Origin: Candidatus Marinacidobacterium sp.
GTDB taxonomy: Bacteria > Acidobacteriota > Vicinamibacteria > Marinacidobacterales > Marinacidobacteraceae
DNA: 64,000 nucleotides
Direction of reading: 5' to 3'
NCBI GenBank assembly: GCA_965220965.1
Contig: OZ244852.1
Span: 1,024,001 to 1,088,000 of the forward strand
Shown here: positions 19,971 through 30,444 of the stretch, piece after piece
Numbering within the stretch: position 1 is the stretch's first letter
Layout of the letters: the number at the start of each line of letters is the position of its first letter
The notes under the pieces: generated by a model
Seen by the model: only the letters and a program-made list of their open reading frames with translations
What the model was told of the DNA's origin: nothing
The model's database searches: none
Program-made: the position numbers and the translations under genes

Positions 19971-20734
19971 CCGCGAACGGCCAGAGCCTCCCGCCGGAGG
20001 CGCCGTCCCGACGGCTCGAATGCGAGGGCCTCGTGAAGGTCTACGGGAAGCGCCGGGTCGTGGACGAGGTGGGGGTCTCGGTCCGGAGCGGCGAGGTCGT
20101 CGGCCTGCTGGGCCCCAACGGGGCGGGGAAGACGACCACCTTCCGGATCATCGTGGGACTCACGCAGCCCGAGGCCGGCGCGGTGCGGCTGGATGACCAG
20201 GATCTCACCGGCCTCCCCATGCACCGGCGCGCCCGCAGCGGCATCAGCTACCTGCCGCAGGAACCCTCGGTCTTCCGCGGGCTTACGGTCGAGGAGAACC
20301 TCCTGGCGGTCGCCCAGCAGCAGCCGCGACGCCGACGCGCGGCGCGTCGGGAGCAGGTCGACCGCCTGCTCCGGGACTTCGATCTGGAGGCGAGACGCCG
20401 CGATCTGGGCCACTCGCTCTCCGGCGGCGAGCGGCGCCGGGTCGAAATCGCCCGCGCGCTCGTGCCCGAGCCCGCCTTCCTGCTGCTCGACGAGCCCTTC
20501 GCCGCCATCGATCCCATCGCGGTCGGAGAGCTCCAGGAAATCGTCGAGCGCCTCCGGGACCGCGGCCTCGGCCTGCTGGTCACCGACCACAGCGTGCGCG
20601 AGACGCTCCGGGTGACGGACCGCGCCTTCATCATCGAAGAGGGCCGCATCCTGTTCGAGGGAACGCCGGCGGACCTGGTCGAGAGCGCCGCGGTGCGGCG
20701 CGCCTACCTCGGCGAGAACTTCGAGTGGCGATGA
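19967..20734 (+). CDS. lptB: LPS export ABC transporter ATP-binding protein
   Basis: GPNGAGKTTTF, YLPQEPSVFR, LSGGERRRVEIARAL, LLDEPFAAIDP, TDHSVRETL, AYLGENF. Confidence 0.96.
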   Translation: MTANGQSLPPEAPSRRLECEGLVKVYGKRRVVDEVGVSVRSGEVVGLLGPNGAGKTTTFRIIVGLTQPEAGAVRLDDQDLTGLPMHRRARSGISYLPQEPSVFRGLTVEENLLAVAQQQPRRRRAARREQVDRLLRDFDLEARRRDLGHSLSGGERRRVEIARALVPEPAFLLLDEPFAAIDPIAVGELQEIVERLRDRGLGLLVTDHSVRETLRVTDRAFIIEEGRILFEGTPADLVESAAVRRAYLGENFEWR

Positions 20735-22215
20735 CGAAGATGCAGGCGCCGCGCACCGAACTCCGGGTCGGGGTCCGGCAGCAGCAGCGGCTGACGCTCA
20801 CGCCCCAGGTCCGCCAGACCATCGAGATGCTCGCCCTCCCGCTCGTGGAGCTGCGGCTCCGGGTGCAGGAGGAGCTGCTCCAGAACCCGGCGCTCGAGGA
20901 ACTGGCGGATGGCGAGGAGGACGGCGCCGAGGATCTCGACGCGGCCGGCGCGGAGGACCGGGAAGAGGACGAAGAGGAAGACGAGGAGGTCCTCGCGGAG
21001 CCCGACCGCGACCCGATGTCGGAAATCGAGGCGGAGGACTTCTACCGGCACAACCACGAGAACACCGGCGGCCTGGCGCTCGGGGAGGATCCTCCCACGC
21101 TGGAGCGCACCCTCGCCGCCGGGCGCACGCTGGCCGAACACCTGACCGAGCAGCTCGGCGCCACCGTCCGCACCGAGAGGGAGCGCGATATCGGGATCCA
21201 GATCATCGGAAACCTCGACGAGCGGGGCTACCTGGACGCCACCGTGGCGGAGCTCGCCGCCGCGCTCGGCGTCCCCGAGGCCCAGGTCGAGGCGGTGCGG
21301 CGCATGATCCTCGCCTTCGACCCTCCGGGATCGGCGGCGCTCGATCTGCGCGAGTGCCTGCTGGCCCAGCTCGAGGCGATGGGCCAGGCGGACTCGCCAC
21401 CCGCCGCCATCGTCCGGGACCATCTGGATCTCCTGACCGGACAGCGATTCCGCGAAATCGCCCGCGCTCTCGGCGCGCCGCCGCCGGAAGTCATGCGCTG
21501 GGTCCGGCAGATCGGCGAGCTGGACTTCCGCCCGGGAAGCGGTTTCTCGGCCGCGCCCGACGCGGCGGTCATCCCGGACGCGCGGGTCTACCGGTTCAAC
21601 GGCCAGTGGCGCGTCGAAATGGCCGATTCCGGACCCCGGCTCCGGGCGAGCCCGGTCTACCTCCAGATCCTGCGGCGACCCACCGAGCACACCCCCGGGG
21701 AGCAGGCGTTCGCCCGCGAGGCGTGGATCCGGGCCAAGGGATTCCAGCGGTCGGTGCAGCAACGCCAGGAGACGCTGCGGCTGGTCGCCGAGGACATCGT
21801 GGGGAAGCAGTCCGAGTTCCTCGACCGGGGCATCGACCACATCCGGCCGCTCGTCCTGAACGACGTGGCCCGGGACATCGGTCGGGCGGAATCCACCGTC
21901 TCCCGCGTCGTCAGCAACAAGTACCTGGAGACGCCCCGGGGGGTGATCCCGTTCCGGCGGTTCTTCCACAGCGCCCTCGCGCTTCGCAACGGACAGCAGG
22001 TGTCCTCCGAGGCGGTTCGCGCCAAGGTTCAGCGCATCGTCAACCGGGAGGATCCGGAACACCCTCTGGCTGACGACCAGATCGCCCGCCTGCTCGACCG
22101 CGACGGGATCATCATCGCCCGCCGCACGGTCGCCAAGTACCGGAAGGCGCTCCGCATCCCGTCCTCCTCCGAGCGCCGCGCCCGCTACCGGAACCGGCCC
22201 TCCCAAGACTCGTGA
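20731..22215 (+). CDS. rpoN: RNA polymerase sigma-54 factor
   Basis: Gln/Leu region I (QQQRLTLTPQ), NPALE, ESTVSRVVSNKY, RpoN box ARRTVAKYR; ATGA overlap with lptB. Confidence 0.97.
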   Translation: MTKMQAPRTELRVGVRQQQRLTLTPQVRQTIEMLALPLVELRLRVQEELLQNPALEELADGEEDGAEDLDAAGAEDREEDEEEDEEVLAEPDRDPMSEIEAEDFYRHNHENTGGLALGEDPPTLERTLAAGRTLAEHLTEQLGATVRTERERDIGIQIIGNLDERGYLDATVAELAAALGVPEAQVEAVRRMILAFDPPGSAALDLRECLLAQLEAMGQADSPPAAIVRDHLDLLTGQRFREIARALGAPPPEVMRWVRQIGELDFRPGSGFSAAPDAAVIPDARVYRFNGQWRVEMADSGPRLRASPVYLQILRRPTEHTPGEQAFAREAWIRAKGFQRSVQQRQETLRLVAEDIVGKQSEFLDRGIDHIRPLVLNDVARDIGRAESTVSRVVSNKYLETPRGVIPFRRFFHSALALRNGQQVSSEAVRAKVQRIVNREDPEHPLADDQIARLLDRDGIIIARRTVAKYRKALRIPSSSERRARYRNRPSQDS

Positions 22216-22661
22216 TCGGAATCGTCGTCGTCACGCACGGGCAACTGGCCCGGGAGCTCGTCGCCGCCGCCGAAATGATCACCGGCGACGACATCCCGAA
22301 CGCAACCTCGGTGTCCATCGGGTGGCACGACTCTCCGGACGACGCCCGGCGCGCCATCGTCGCGGCGGTGGAGCGGGTGTCGGGTGACGCCGGCGTCGTC
22401 GTCCTGACCGACATGTTCGGCGGCACCCCCTCGAACCTCGCGCTCAGCCTGCTGAAGAAGGGCGTCACCGAAGTCGTGACCGGCGTCAACCTCCCCATGC
22501 TGATCCGGCTCGTCTCCCTCCGGGAGGAGGAACAGGTCTCGACCACCGCGGCGGCCCGCGCGGCGGTTTCCCAGGGCAAGGAGAACATCTACCTGGCCTC
22601 CGAGCTGCTGCGGGAGGCGCCGGACGCCGGAGACTCCCCGGGCGAGGAACCCGGGGACTGA
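22212..22661 (+). CDS. PTS mannose/fructose-family EIIA component
   Basis: IGIVVVTHG, LTDMFGGTPSN, GVNLPML. Confidence 0.93.
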   Translation: MIGIVVVTHGQLARELVAAAEMITGDDIPNATSVSIGWHDSPDDARRAIVAAVERVSGDAGVVVLTDMFGGTPSNLALSLLKKGVTEVVTGVNLPMLIRLVSLREEEQVSTTAAARAAVSQGKENIYLASELLREAPDAGDSPGEEPGD

Positions 22662-22683
22662 CCCCGACGCGGGAGAGCGCAGG

Positions 22684-23019
22684 GTGGCGACGCGGGTCGT
22701 CCGGGTGGTGAATCCGCTCGGGCTGCACGCCCGCGCCGCCGCCCGCTTCGTGAAGGCGGCGAACCGCTTCGACGCCACCGTGGCGGTCACCCATCAGGAC
22801 GCCACGATCGACGGCAAGAGCATCCTGGGCCTCCTGTTCCTGGCCGCCGCCCAGGGGAGCCGCCTCTCGATCCGCACCTCGGGCCCCGAAGAGGAGCAGG
22901 CGCTCGAGGCGCTGGCCGCTCTCGTCAGGAGCGGCTTCGGCGAACTCGCCGGGTCGCCAGGCGTCCCGTCGCCCGCCGACGGGGTCGGCGGCCTCCCGGA
23001 TCCGGCGGAGCCCTCATGA
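22684..23019 (+). CDS. ptsH: Phosphocarrier protein HPr
   Basis: NPLGLHARAAA (His15) and DGKSILGLL (Ser46). Confidence 0.95.
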   Translation: MATRVVRVVNPLGLHARAAARFVKAANRFDATVAVTHQDATIDGKSILGLLFLAAAQGSRLSIRTSGPEEEQALEALAALVRSGFGELAGSPGVPSPADGVGGLPDPAEPS

Positions 23020-24785
23020 CGGCGTCCGGGGAGTCCGCGCCGCCCCGCAAGCCGCCGCGAGACCTGACGCTTCGCGGCGAGCCGGCGGCGCCCGGCGTCG
23101 CCGTGGCCCGAACCCTGCTGTTCGAGCGTCTGGCCGTCCCGGTGTTCCGCCTCCGCATCCCGCAGCGCGCGGTGGCGGCCGAGATCCGACGGTTTCACGG
23201 CGCGCGGCGCGCCGCCGCGGATCAGTTGCGGGCGATCCGGGAGTCCACCAGCAAGGCCCTCGGCGGAGACCGGGCCTTCCTGTTCGAGGCGCAGCGCCTC
23301 ATGCTGGAGGACCCGCTGCTGGTGGACCGGGTCGAGGAGGTCATCGGCTCGGATCAGGTCAACGCCGAGTGGGCGGTCCGCACCGTCCTCCGGGAGCTCG
23401 AGTCCGTCTTCGACGGGCTCGCCGACGAATACCTGCGGCAGCGGAAGGGGGACATCGAGGACGTCGGCGGGCGGTTGCTGCGGAACCTCTCGGGCCCCGG
23501 GACGGCGACGCCGGCGCTCCCGGAGCGCGGGCGGAGCATCGTCGCCGCCACCGACCTGCTTCCCTCCGATGCGGTTCATCTCGACTGGAGCCGGATGGCC
23601 GGGCTCGCGATGGAGTCGGGCGGACCGACCTACCACACCGCCATCCTCGCCCGCTCCCAGGATCTGCCGTGCGTGACCGGGGTGCGCGGCCTGATGCGCC
23701 ACCTTTCTCCCGGCGTGCCGATCGTCGTGGACGGCTCGGAGGGGCTCGTCATCGTCGATCCCTCCCCGGCGACCGCGGCGCGCTACCGACGTCGACGGGA
23801 GCGCCGGCGGAAACGGCTGCTCCAGCTCCGGGCCGCCACCCCGGACCGCGCTGCGACGCGGAACGGCGTCCGGATCACGCTGATGGCGAATCTGGACGAA
23901 CCCGACGAGATCGAGTTCGTGCGCCGGAACGGGGCCGAGGGAGTCGGGCTGTTCCGGACCGAGCACCTCGCCGTCCAGGAAATACCTGGCGAGGAAGAGC
24001 AGTACCGCATCTACCGGGACCTCGCGGCCGCCGTCGCTCCGCATCCGTTCGTGGTCCGCGCCTTCGATCTCGACGCGACGAGCGTTGGATGGTCCCGGGA
24101 GCGAAATCCGGCCCTCGGTCTCCGGGGGGTGCGGCTGCTCCTCGAGGAGGCCTCGGCGATCTTCGAAACCCAGATCCGGGCGGTTCTGCGCGCCGCGACG
24201 CACGGCAACGTGCAGTTGATGTTCCCGATGGTGGGCGGCCTCGAGGAGTTCCGCGCCGCCCGCACCCACGTGACCGCGGCGCTACGGGCGCTCCGGCATC
24301 GGGGCGCGGCGTTCCGGGAGGTCCCGCTCGGCGCGATGCTGGAGGTGCCGTCCGCCGCCGCCACCGCGGATCTGCTGGTGCGGGAGGCCGAATTCCTGAG
24401 CATCGGAACGAACGACCTGATGCAGTACCTGTTTGGCGCCGACCGGGCGAATCAGCGGGTCGCCCGCTACGCCGACGCCCTCCACCCGGCGCTCCTGCGG
24501 ACGGTCCGTTTCGCCGCCCGGGTGACGCGCCGCAGCGGGATCCCGCTCGCCATCTGCGGCGAAGTGGCCGCCGAGCCGGTGGTCATCCCCCTCCTGCTCG
24601 GCTTCGGACTCCGCACCTTCTCCATGAGCCCGCACTCGATTCCCGAGGTGAAGCGGACGATCGCCGCCCTCGACACCGATGAGACCGAAGAGCTGGCGCA
24701 GGAGGCCGTCCTCCTCACGACGGCCCGCCGCGTCCGCGCCCGCGTTCTCCGGCGGACGCCCCCGCGCCAGCCCCGGGGCGACTGA
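23016..24785 (+). CDS. ptsI: PEP-protein phosphotransferase (PTS enzyme I)
   Basis: TYHTAILARS phospho-His, GVGLFRTE, NPALGLRGVR, SIGTNDL, ICGE; no N-terminal GAF domain. Confidence 0.95.
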   Translation: MTASGESAPPRKPPRDLTLRGEPAAPGVAVARTLLFERLAVPVFRLRIPQRAVAAEIRRFHGARRAAADQLRAIRESTSKALGGDRAFLFEAQRLMLEDPLLVDRVEEVIGSDQVNAEWAVRTVLRELESVFDGLADEYLRQRKGDIEDVGGRLLRNLSGPGTATPALPERGRSIVAATDLLPSDAVHLDWSRMAGLAMESGGPTYHTAILARSQDLPCVTGVRGLMRHLSPGVPIVVDGSEGLVIVDPSPATAARYRRRRERRRKRLLQLRAATPDRAATRNGVRITLMANLDEPDEIEFVRRNGAEGVGLFRTEHLAVQEIPGEEEQYRIYRDLAAAVAPHPFVVRAFDLDATSVGWSRERNPALGLRGVRLLLEEASAIFETQIRAVLRAATHGNVQLMFPMVGGLEEFRAARTHVTAALRALRHRGAAFREVPLGAMLEVPSAAATADLLVREAEFLSIGTNDLMQYLFGADRANQRVARYADALHPALLRTVRFAARVTRRSGIPLAICGEVAAEPVVIPLLLGFGLRTFSMSPHSIPEVKRTIAALDTDETEELAQEAVLLTTARRVRARVLRRTPPRQPRGD

Positions 24786-24803
24786 GGGCCGCTCCGGCGG
24801 CCC
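24786..24803. terminator. GC hairpin between convergent ptsI and dnaE2
   Basis: GGGCCGC-TCCG-GCGGCCC perfect 7-bp stem right after the ptsI stop; no U tract. Confidence 0.4.
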
Positions 24804-24819
24804 GGTCCGGGCTGGCCGG

Positions 24820-27800
24820 TCAGTGGAAGTCGCGGCTCGGGACGCGCGGAGCAGGTGAGGGGAGAGGGAGCTCGGGACGGAAGAGATGGTCCACGACGAG
24901 GTGGACGGCGCCGTCTTCGGACTCCATGCGTCCGGCGGCGCCAAGGAACGACTCGGTGCGAGCGATCCCGCCCCAGCGTTCGAAGACCTTCGGCCACAAC
25001 ACCAGGTTCACGAAGCCGGTCTCATCCTCGAGCGTCATGAACACGACCCCCGACGCGGTCCCCGGGCGCTGGCGACAGATGACCAGTCCGGCATAGCGAC
25101 CCCGGGCCCGGTGCGGCAGGGCGTTCAGTTCCCGGGCGGTGGGCAGTCCGGCCGCCGCAAGCCGCTTCCGGATCGGCGCCAGCGGGTGGCCGCGAGTGCT
25201 GTGGGCCAGCGTTCGATGATCCCAGACGATGGATTCCAGCGAATCGAGGGGCTGGAACCGGGTCTCCCTTCCGGGGAGGTCGAGAGACGGAGCTTCCCGC
25301 CGCCGGGCCGCCTCCCGGGCTGCGCCGAGCGCCTCCCAGATCGCCTCGCGCCGTCCCCGGGGGCCGAGGCTGCGGAAAGCGTCCGCTTCGGCGAGCGCGA
25401 GGAGGGCCTTGCGGTGGAGCCCGGTGCGGCCAGCCAGGTCGCGGACCGAAGCGAACGGCGCCTCCTTGCGGACGGACAGGATCCGCTCGCCATCCTCGGC
25501 CCCGAGGCCCTTCACGTACCTCAGCCCCATCCGGACCGCCGGGACCCCGTTCCGGCCGCCCTTCCCATCCTCCGGAAACAGCGAACAGTCCCATCCGCTC
25601 ACCGCCACATCCACCGGAAGGAAACCAACCCCTCGCCGCTTCGAATCCTCGACGATCGTCGCGGGGGAATAGAAGCCCATCGGCTGGGCGTTCAGCAGGG
25701 CGCAGGCGAACTCCGCCGGGTAGTGGCGAAGCAGGAAGGCGCCCACGTAGCTGACCAGGGCGAAACTCGCCGCGTGGCTCTCGGGAAAGCCGTACTCCCC
25801 GAAGCCCTGGATCTGCCGGAAGATCCGCTCGGCGAACCCCGGCTCGATCCCCTTGGCGCACATCCGCGACAGCAGGCGGGCCCGGTGCCGCTCCATCCGC
25901 CCGGTGCGCCGCCAGGCGGCCATGTCCCGGCGAAGCTGGTCCGCCTCCCCGGGGGTGTAGTCGGCGGCCACCACCGCGAGCCGCATGACCTGCTCCTGAA
26001 ACAGGGGAACCCCGAGCGTTTTCTCGAGGACCGGCCGGAGTGACGGGTGGGGATACTCCACCGGCTCCTCCCCCCGGCGGCGGCGGAGGTAGGGGTGGAC
26101 CATCCCCCCCGAGATCGGGCCCGGCCGCACGATGCTCACCTGGATGACGAGGTCGTACCAGGTCCTCGGTCGGAGCCGGGGTAGCATCGCCATCTGGGCC
26201 CGGCTCTCGATCTGGAACACCCCCACGGTCTCCGCCCGCCGGATCATGGCGAAGGTCTCCGGGTCGTCGGCGGGAACCGACGCCATCGACAGCTCCAGCC
26301 CGCGGTGCTCCCGGAGCAGACGAAAGCACAGGTCCAGTTGGGTCAGCGCGCCCAGCGCGAGCAGGTCCACCTTGAACAGGCGCATCTCCTCGATGTCGTC
26401 CTTGTTCCACTGGATGACCGTCCGTCCCTCCATCGCGGCGTTCTCCACCGGGACCAGATGGGAGACCGGCTCCTCTCCGAGGAGAAAGCCCCCGGGATGG
26501 ATCGACAGATGACGCGGGAACCCCTGGATCTCGCCCGCCAGCCGGATCAGGTGGTGAACCGCCGGGTTCTCCGGAGACCAGCCGGCCTCCGGGAGCCGCT
26601 CGGCCGAGAGCGGCTCGTAATGCGTGAACCGCCGGGCCAGCCGGTCCACCGCCCGATCGGAAAATCCCAGCGCCTTCCCGACATCCCGGATGGCCGAGCG
26701 GGTGCGGTAGCGGACCGTGTTCGCCACCATCGCGGCCCGCCCCTCGCCGTAGCGCCGGTACATGAACCGGATGACCTCCTCCCGACGGGAATGCATGATG
26801 TCGAGGTCGATGTCCGGCGGCTCGTCCCGCTCCCGGGACAGGAAGCGCTCGAAGAGCAACCCCATGCGCACCGGATCCACCGCGGTGATCCCGAGGCAGT
26901 AGCACACCGCCGAGTTCGCCGCCGACCCGCGCCCCTGGCAGAGGATCTCCCGCTCCCGGCAGAAGCGCACGATCCGGTTCATGGTCAGGAAGTAGCCGCC
27001 GTAGCCCAGCTCTCCGATGAGCTGCAGCTCCTTCTCCAGTTGCCGGCGGACCCGGTCGGGCACGCCCTCCGGGTAACGCTCCGCCGCTCCGCGGAAGGTG
27101 AGCTGGCGAAGACCATCCGCCGGCCCCATGCCGTCCGGGGCGTCCTCGGCGGGGTAGCGGTAGCGGATCTCGTCGAGCGAGAAGGCGCACTCCCCGGCGA
27201 TCTCGAGGGTCGAAGCAACCGCCACCGGATCGTCGGCGAACCGTTCCCCGAACACCGCCGGAGAGAGCAGCCCATGCTCGGCGTTGGGCCGCAACCGGCG
27301 ACCCGCCTTCGCGAGGGGAACCCCGTGCCGGATCGCGGTGAGCACATCCTGGAGGTCCCGCCGCCCCGGGCGGTGATAGAGCGCCTCCACCGCAGCGGCC
27401 ACCGGGATCCGGAAGCGCTTCGCCAGCCGTCGCCGACGGCCTTCGGCGGGAACATCGGTGTCCCGCCGGTGACGGGTGATCAGGATGTGAAGACGATCCG
27501 GGAACGCCTCCCGCAGCAACTGCGCCGGAAGGTCGGGAGGAGACGCCCCGTCGAGCGCCGAAATCCCGCCTCCCCAGAGCGCGTGGAGCCCCTCGGCGTG
27601 TTCCGCGATCTCCCGCCAGAAGACCCCCGCCGTTCCCTTGCGGGTTCCTCTCACCCCGGGGGACTCCTCCCCCGGAGTGGGGATCCGCGGACCCCGGAGC
27701 AGCCCCCGGGTCAGCAGCCGGCAGAGATTGCGGTAGCCCTTCCGGTCGCGCGCGAGAAGGAGAATGTCCCCCGGAGACTCCGGCGCCGGCGCTTCCTTAT

Positions 27801-28032
27801 CGCGGCGTTTCGGCGCCGGTTCCGGCGCGACCCGCACCTCAGCCCCAAGAAGGAGCTGGATTCCGTGGCGCCGGGCGGCGGCGTGGGCGCGGACCGCGCC
27901 ATAGAGGCCGTTCCGGTCGGTGAGCGCGATCCCCGGGAGACCGAGCCGGTGGGCCTCTTCAACGAGCTCTTCCGGGTGGCTCGCGCCTTCGAGAAAGGAA
28001 GCGTTGCTCTTGTTGTAGAGAGGGAAGTACAC
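24820..28032 (-). CDS. dnaE2: Error-prone DNA polymerase DnaE2 (ImuC)
   Basis: SNASFLEGASHPEEL, QGRGSAANS, PPDIDLD, YGFPESHAASFA, LLNAQPMGFY, C-terminal SRDFH hallmark. Confidence 0.97.
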   Translation of the reverse strand: MYFPLYNKSNASFLEGASHPEELVEEAHRLGLPGIALTDRNGLYGAVRAHAAARRHGIQLLLGAEVRVAPEPAPKRRDKEAPAPESPGDILLLARDRKGYRNLCRLLTRGLLRGPRIPTPGEESPGVRGTRKGTAGVFWREIAEHAEGLHALWGGGISALDGASPPDLPAQLLREAFPDRLHILITRHRRDTDVPAEGRRRRLAKRFRIPVAAAVEALYHRPGRRDLQDVLTAIRHGVPLAKAGRRLRPNAEHGLLSPAVFGERFADDPVAVASTLEIAGECAFSLDEIRYRYPAEDAPDGMGPADGLRQLTFRGAAERYPEGVPDRVRRQLEKELQLIGELGYGGYFLTMNRIVRFCREREILCQGRGSAANSAVCYCLGITAVDPVRMGLLFERFLSRERDEPPDIDLDIMHSRREEVIRFMYRRYGEGRAAMVANTVRYRTRSAIRDVGKALGFSDRAVDRLARRFTHYEPLSAERLPEAGWSPENPAVHHLIRLAGEIQGFPRHLSIHPGGFLLGEEPVSHLVPVENAAMEGRTVIQWNKDDIEEMRLFKVDLLALGALTQLDLCFRLLREHRGLELSMASVPADDPETFAMIRRAETVGVFQIESRAQMAMLPRLRPRTWYDLVIQVSIVRPGPISGGMVHPYLRRRRGEEPVEYPHPSLRPVLEKTLGVPLFQEQVMRLAVVAADYTPGEADQLRRDMAAWRRTGRMERHRARLLSRMCAKGIEPGFAERIFRQIQGFGEYGFPESHAASFALVSYVGAFLLRHYPAEFACALLNAQPMGFYSPATIVEDSKRRGVGFLPVDVAVSGWDCSLFPEDGKGGRNGVPAVRMGLRYVKGLGAEDGERILSVRKEAPFASVRDLAGRTGLHRKALLALAEADAFRSLGPRGRREAIWEALGAAREAARRREAPSLDLPGRETRFQPLDSLESIVWDHRTLAHSTRGHPLAPIRKRLAAAGLPTARELNALPHRARGRYAGLVICRQRPGTASGVVFMTLEDETGFVNLVLWPKVFERWGGIARTESFLGAAGRMESEDGAVHLVVDHLFRPELPLPSPAPRVPSRDFH

Positions 28033-28064
28033 CGCGGGGGGTCACGACGGATCGGAGTGGGGGA

Positions 28065-29690
28065 TCACTCGACCCGGCCCTGCAGATGCCAGGAGCGGCG
28101 TTCGCGGTCGTAGAAGACCCAGCAGACCTCACCCCGCTTCAGGCGGACGAAGAAGTAATCCCGCTGGATCGGTCGACCGGAGAGCTGACGCCACCACCCT
28201 CCCGAAACCCGGTAGGGACCCGCAAACGACTCGACCGGGCCGTGCTCGATCCCCCGGAGAAGCCAGCCGTCCGGCTCCCCCGCGCCCCGGTGGGGGAGGA
28301 TCAGCGGCTGCTCGTAGATGCGGCGAACGATCGCGCCCGGCGGGTCCGCCGAAAGCCGGCGCAGCTTCCTGGAGCGTCGCCGGGCCGTCCCGGGGGAAAC
28401 CACGACCCGGGGCGCAACCGGCCGGACCCGGTAACGGCTCCGCGGAAGGTGCGCCTCGCGGACCTCGACCCGGACCAGGGCGTCATCCCCGAACTCGGCC
28501 TGGATCCGGGCCAGCGCCTCGGCGGCGCGCTTCGGGTCGCGGGATGCGCCGGCCCCCGGCTTTCCCCAGGCGCTCGCGAAAAGATCCGGCTTCCCGATCA
28601 CCGGGGTCCCGCCGCGAGCGCGGAGAACGAAGGCCGTGATTCCCGGTTCCGGAACTCCGGCCGGATCCCGGGGCCCGGGGGACCGCTGCGGGAACTCGCT
28701 CCGGAGCCGCAACCGGAGCAGCGAGAGCAGCCGGACCCCGTCCTCCGACGGCAGCGCCGGAAGCACCGAACCGGTGGCCTGGGACCCGTCCTCGCGGTGG
28801 ATCCGGTAGTTCAGCCCGGTGACCGCGAGCCCCCGGTCCCCGAGCTCCTCGAGGAGCCGGTCCAGCAGCCGCTTCACCTGAAAAACAAGCCGCTCGCCGT
28901 CGGTCTCCGCCGGCTCGAACCGGATCCGGCGTTCGACCGAAGGCTCCCGGGAGACGACGCGGGAAGCGGACGCCTCGATTTCGCCCGAAGCCAGCCGATG
29001 GAGCTGGCGGGCCTCGTCGCCGAAACGGGCGCCCAGCTCCCCCCCTGGAAGCCGTAGCAGATCCCGGAGCAGGCGGACGCCGAGCCGGTCGAGGCCCAGA
29101 AGCGTTCGCTCTGACAGGCCGAAGCGGACCAGGGGGGCTTGTCCCGCCGCCCGCTTCTCCTCCTCGCGCCGCTCGAAGACCTGCTGACCGAAAACCGCGC
29201 GCGCCGCCGCGAAGGCGCCGAACCGGGTGAATCCCACCGCGACCGAAGCCTGGTAACCGTCCTCCGCAAGATCCCGGCGAAGCGCTTCCACCCAGTCCGG
29301 GAGCGGGCCGAACAACGTGGAGAGGCCGGAGGCGCGAAGCCAGAACGACCCGGCGGCGGCGAAACCGGAGAGCTCCGCGCCCGACGTCGAGGCCGAATCG
29401 ACCTGCGGGCTCCAGCGGTGGAGACGCTCCGAGAGCCGCGCCACCTCGCGCTCCACCTCCCGGGGCCGGACGTGGCCTGTCCGCAGGCCGGGGCAGCAGG
29501 TCGACGCCGCCACCTGCGGCATCCCCGGACGCACTCCCAGCCGGACCGCCCGCCGGTTCACCCAGCGGACCCGGGCGTGGACCTTGTCCTCGGTCAGGAC
29601 GGCGACCGGTTCCTCCCGCCACGCCGGGTGGCGCCGGAGCAGAATCTGCAGCGGCAGCGCCGGAACATCAACACATGCCAGCCGGTTCAC
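28065..29690 (-). CDS. imuB: ImuB, inactive Y-family polymerase-like mutasome scaffold
   Basis: RLACVDVP, GVRPGM, WSPQVD; KPDLF possible clamp motif; C-terminal VSGGWW...RDYF...W; SD AGGAG before GTG; between imuA and dnaE2. Confidence 0.9.
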   Translation of the reverse strand: MNRLACVDVPALPLQILLRRHPAWREEPVAVLTEDKVHARVRWVNRRAVRLGVRPGMPQVAASTCCPGLRTGHVRPREVEREVARLSERLHRWSPQVDSASTSGAELSGFAAAGSFWLRASGLSTLFGPLPDWVEALRRDLAEDGYQASVAVGFTRFGAFAAARAVFGQQVFERREEEKRAAGQAPLVRFGLSERTLLGLDRLGVRLLRDLLRLPGGELGARFGDEARQLHRLASGEIEASASRVVSREPSVERRIRFEPAETDGERLVFQVKRLLDRLLEELGDRGLAVTGLNYRIHREDGSQATGSVLPALPSEDGVRLLSLLRLRLRSEFPQRSPGPRDPAGVPEPGITAFVLRARGGTPVIGKPDLFASAWGKPGAGASRDPKRAAEALARIQAEFGDDALVRVEVREAHLPRSRYRVRPVAPRVVVSPGTARRRSRKLRRLSADPPGAIVRRIYEQPLILPHRGAGEPDGWLLRGIEHGPVESFAGPYRVSGGWWRQLSGRPIQRDYFFVRLKRGEVCWVFYDRERRSWHLQGRVE

Positions 29691-30444
29691 GGCATCTCCT
29701 TTCGAACCGGGATCCGGGAGGGAGGGCGGACAATCCGGAAACCGTCCGGTCCCTCCGCGGGGAAGGGGACGGACCGGCGCTCCGGGCCTTGTCCTTGATC
29801 ACCGTGATCACGAGCTCGCTTCCGCGGCGCCTGGCGTCGTAGCGCTGGACCACCCGGGGGTCGATCGAGGCCGCCTGCGCCGGCTTGCCGGTCAGGAGAA
29901 CGAGCGCGCTCGAGTGTTTGCGGGCCAGACCCGAGAGGCGGGAAAGGGGAGGGACAGGCGCCTGCCGGGGAGAAGAGGCTCCTCTCCGGGCGGCGACGGA
30001 AAGGGGCGCAGTCGCCGAATCCACGAGATCCACGACGACGAGCCCGAAGGCGCCGGACTGGGCGATGTGGGTGGCCGCGCGGATCTGATCCGCCAGGGTC
30101 TCGAGCCGGAGGAGAACGAGGCGGTCCAGATCGACGCCCGCTTCCACCGCATCGGGAGGAAAGAAGAGGCTTCGGGTCGTCCCCACCCAGGCGATGAACC
30201 CCTCCTCGCCGTCGGCGCTTTGGGCCTCCGCCACCAGGGCCATCGCCGAAGAGAGCGCGCCGGAGGCGGCGGCGCCGGAAATCTCGACGAGGCCGCCCCG
30301 AAGGCGGGCGAGGGTCCACTCGGGGAGGTCGGGAGCAGCCCGCCGGCTTCGTGGCGCCGCAGACGGGTCGAGAGCGGTCGCGCCGTGCGTGGGAAGCGGT
30401 TCCGGATTGCGTCCGGCGAGCGGGAAGGTGGATGGGAACGTCAT
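29668..30444 (-). CDS. imuA: ImuA / RecA-like protein with degenerate P-loop
   Basis: GGLVEISGAAASG, IAWV, FFPPD..AGVDLDRLVLL, SGAFGLVVVDL; ATGA-coupled to lexA. Confidence 0.85.
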   Translation of the reverse strand: MTFPSTFPLAGRNPEPLPTHGATALDPSAAPRSRRAAPDLPEWTLARLRGGLVEISGAAASGALSSAMALVAEAQSADGEEGFIAWVGTTRSLFFPPDAVEAGVDLDRLVLLRLETLADQIRAATHIAQSGAFGLVVVDLVDSATAPLSVAARRGASSPRQAPVPPLSRLSGLARKHSSALVLLTGKPAQAASIDPRVVQRYDARRRGSELVITVIKDKARSAGPSPSPRRDRTVSGLSALPPGSRFERRCREPAGMC

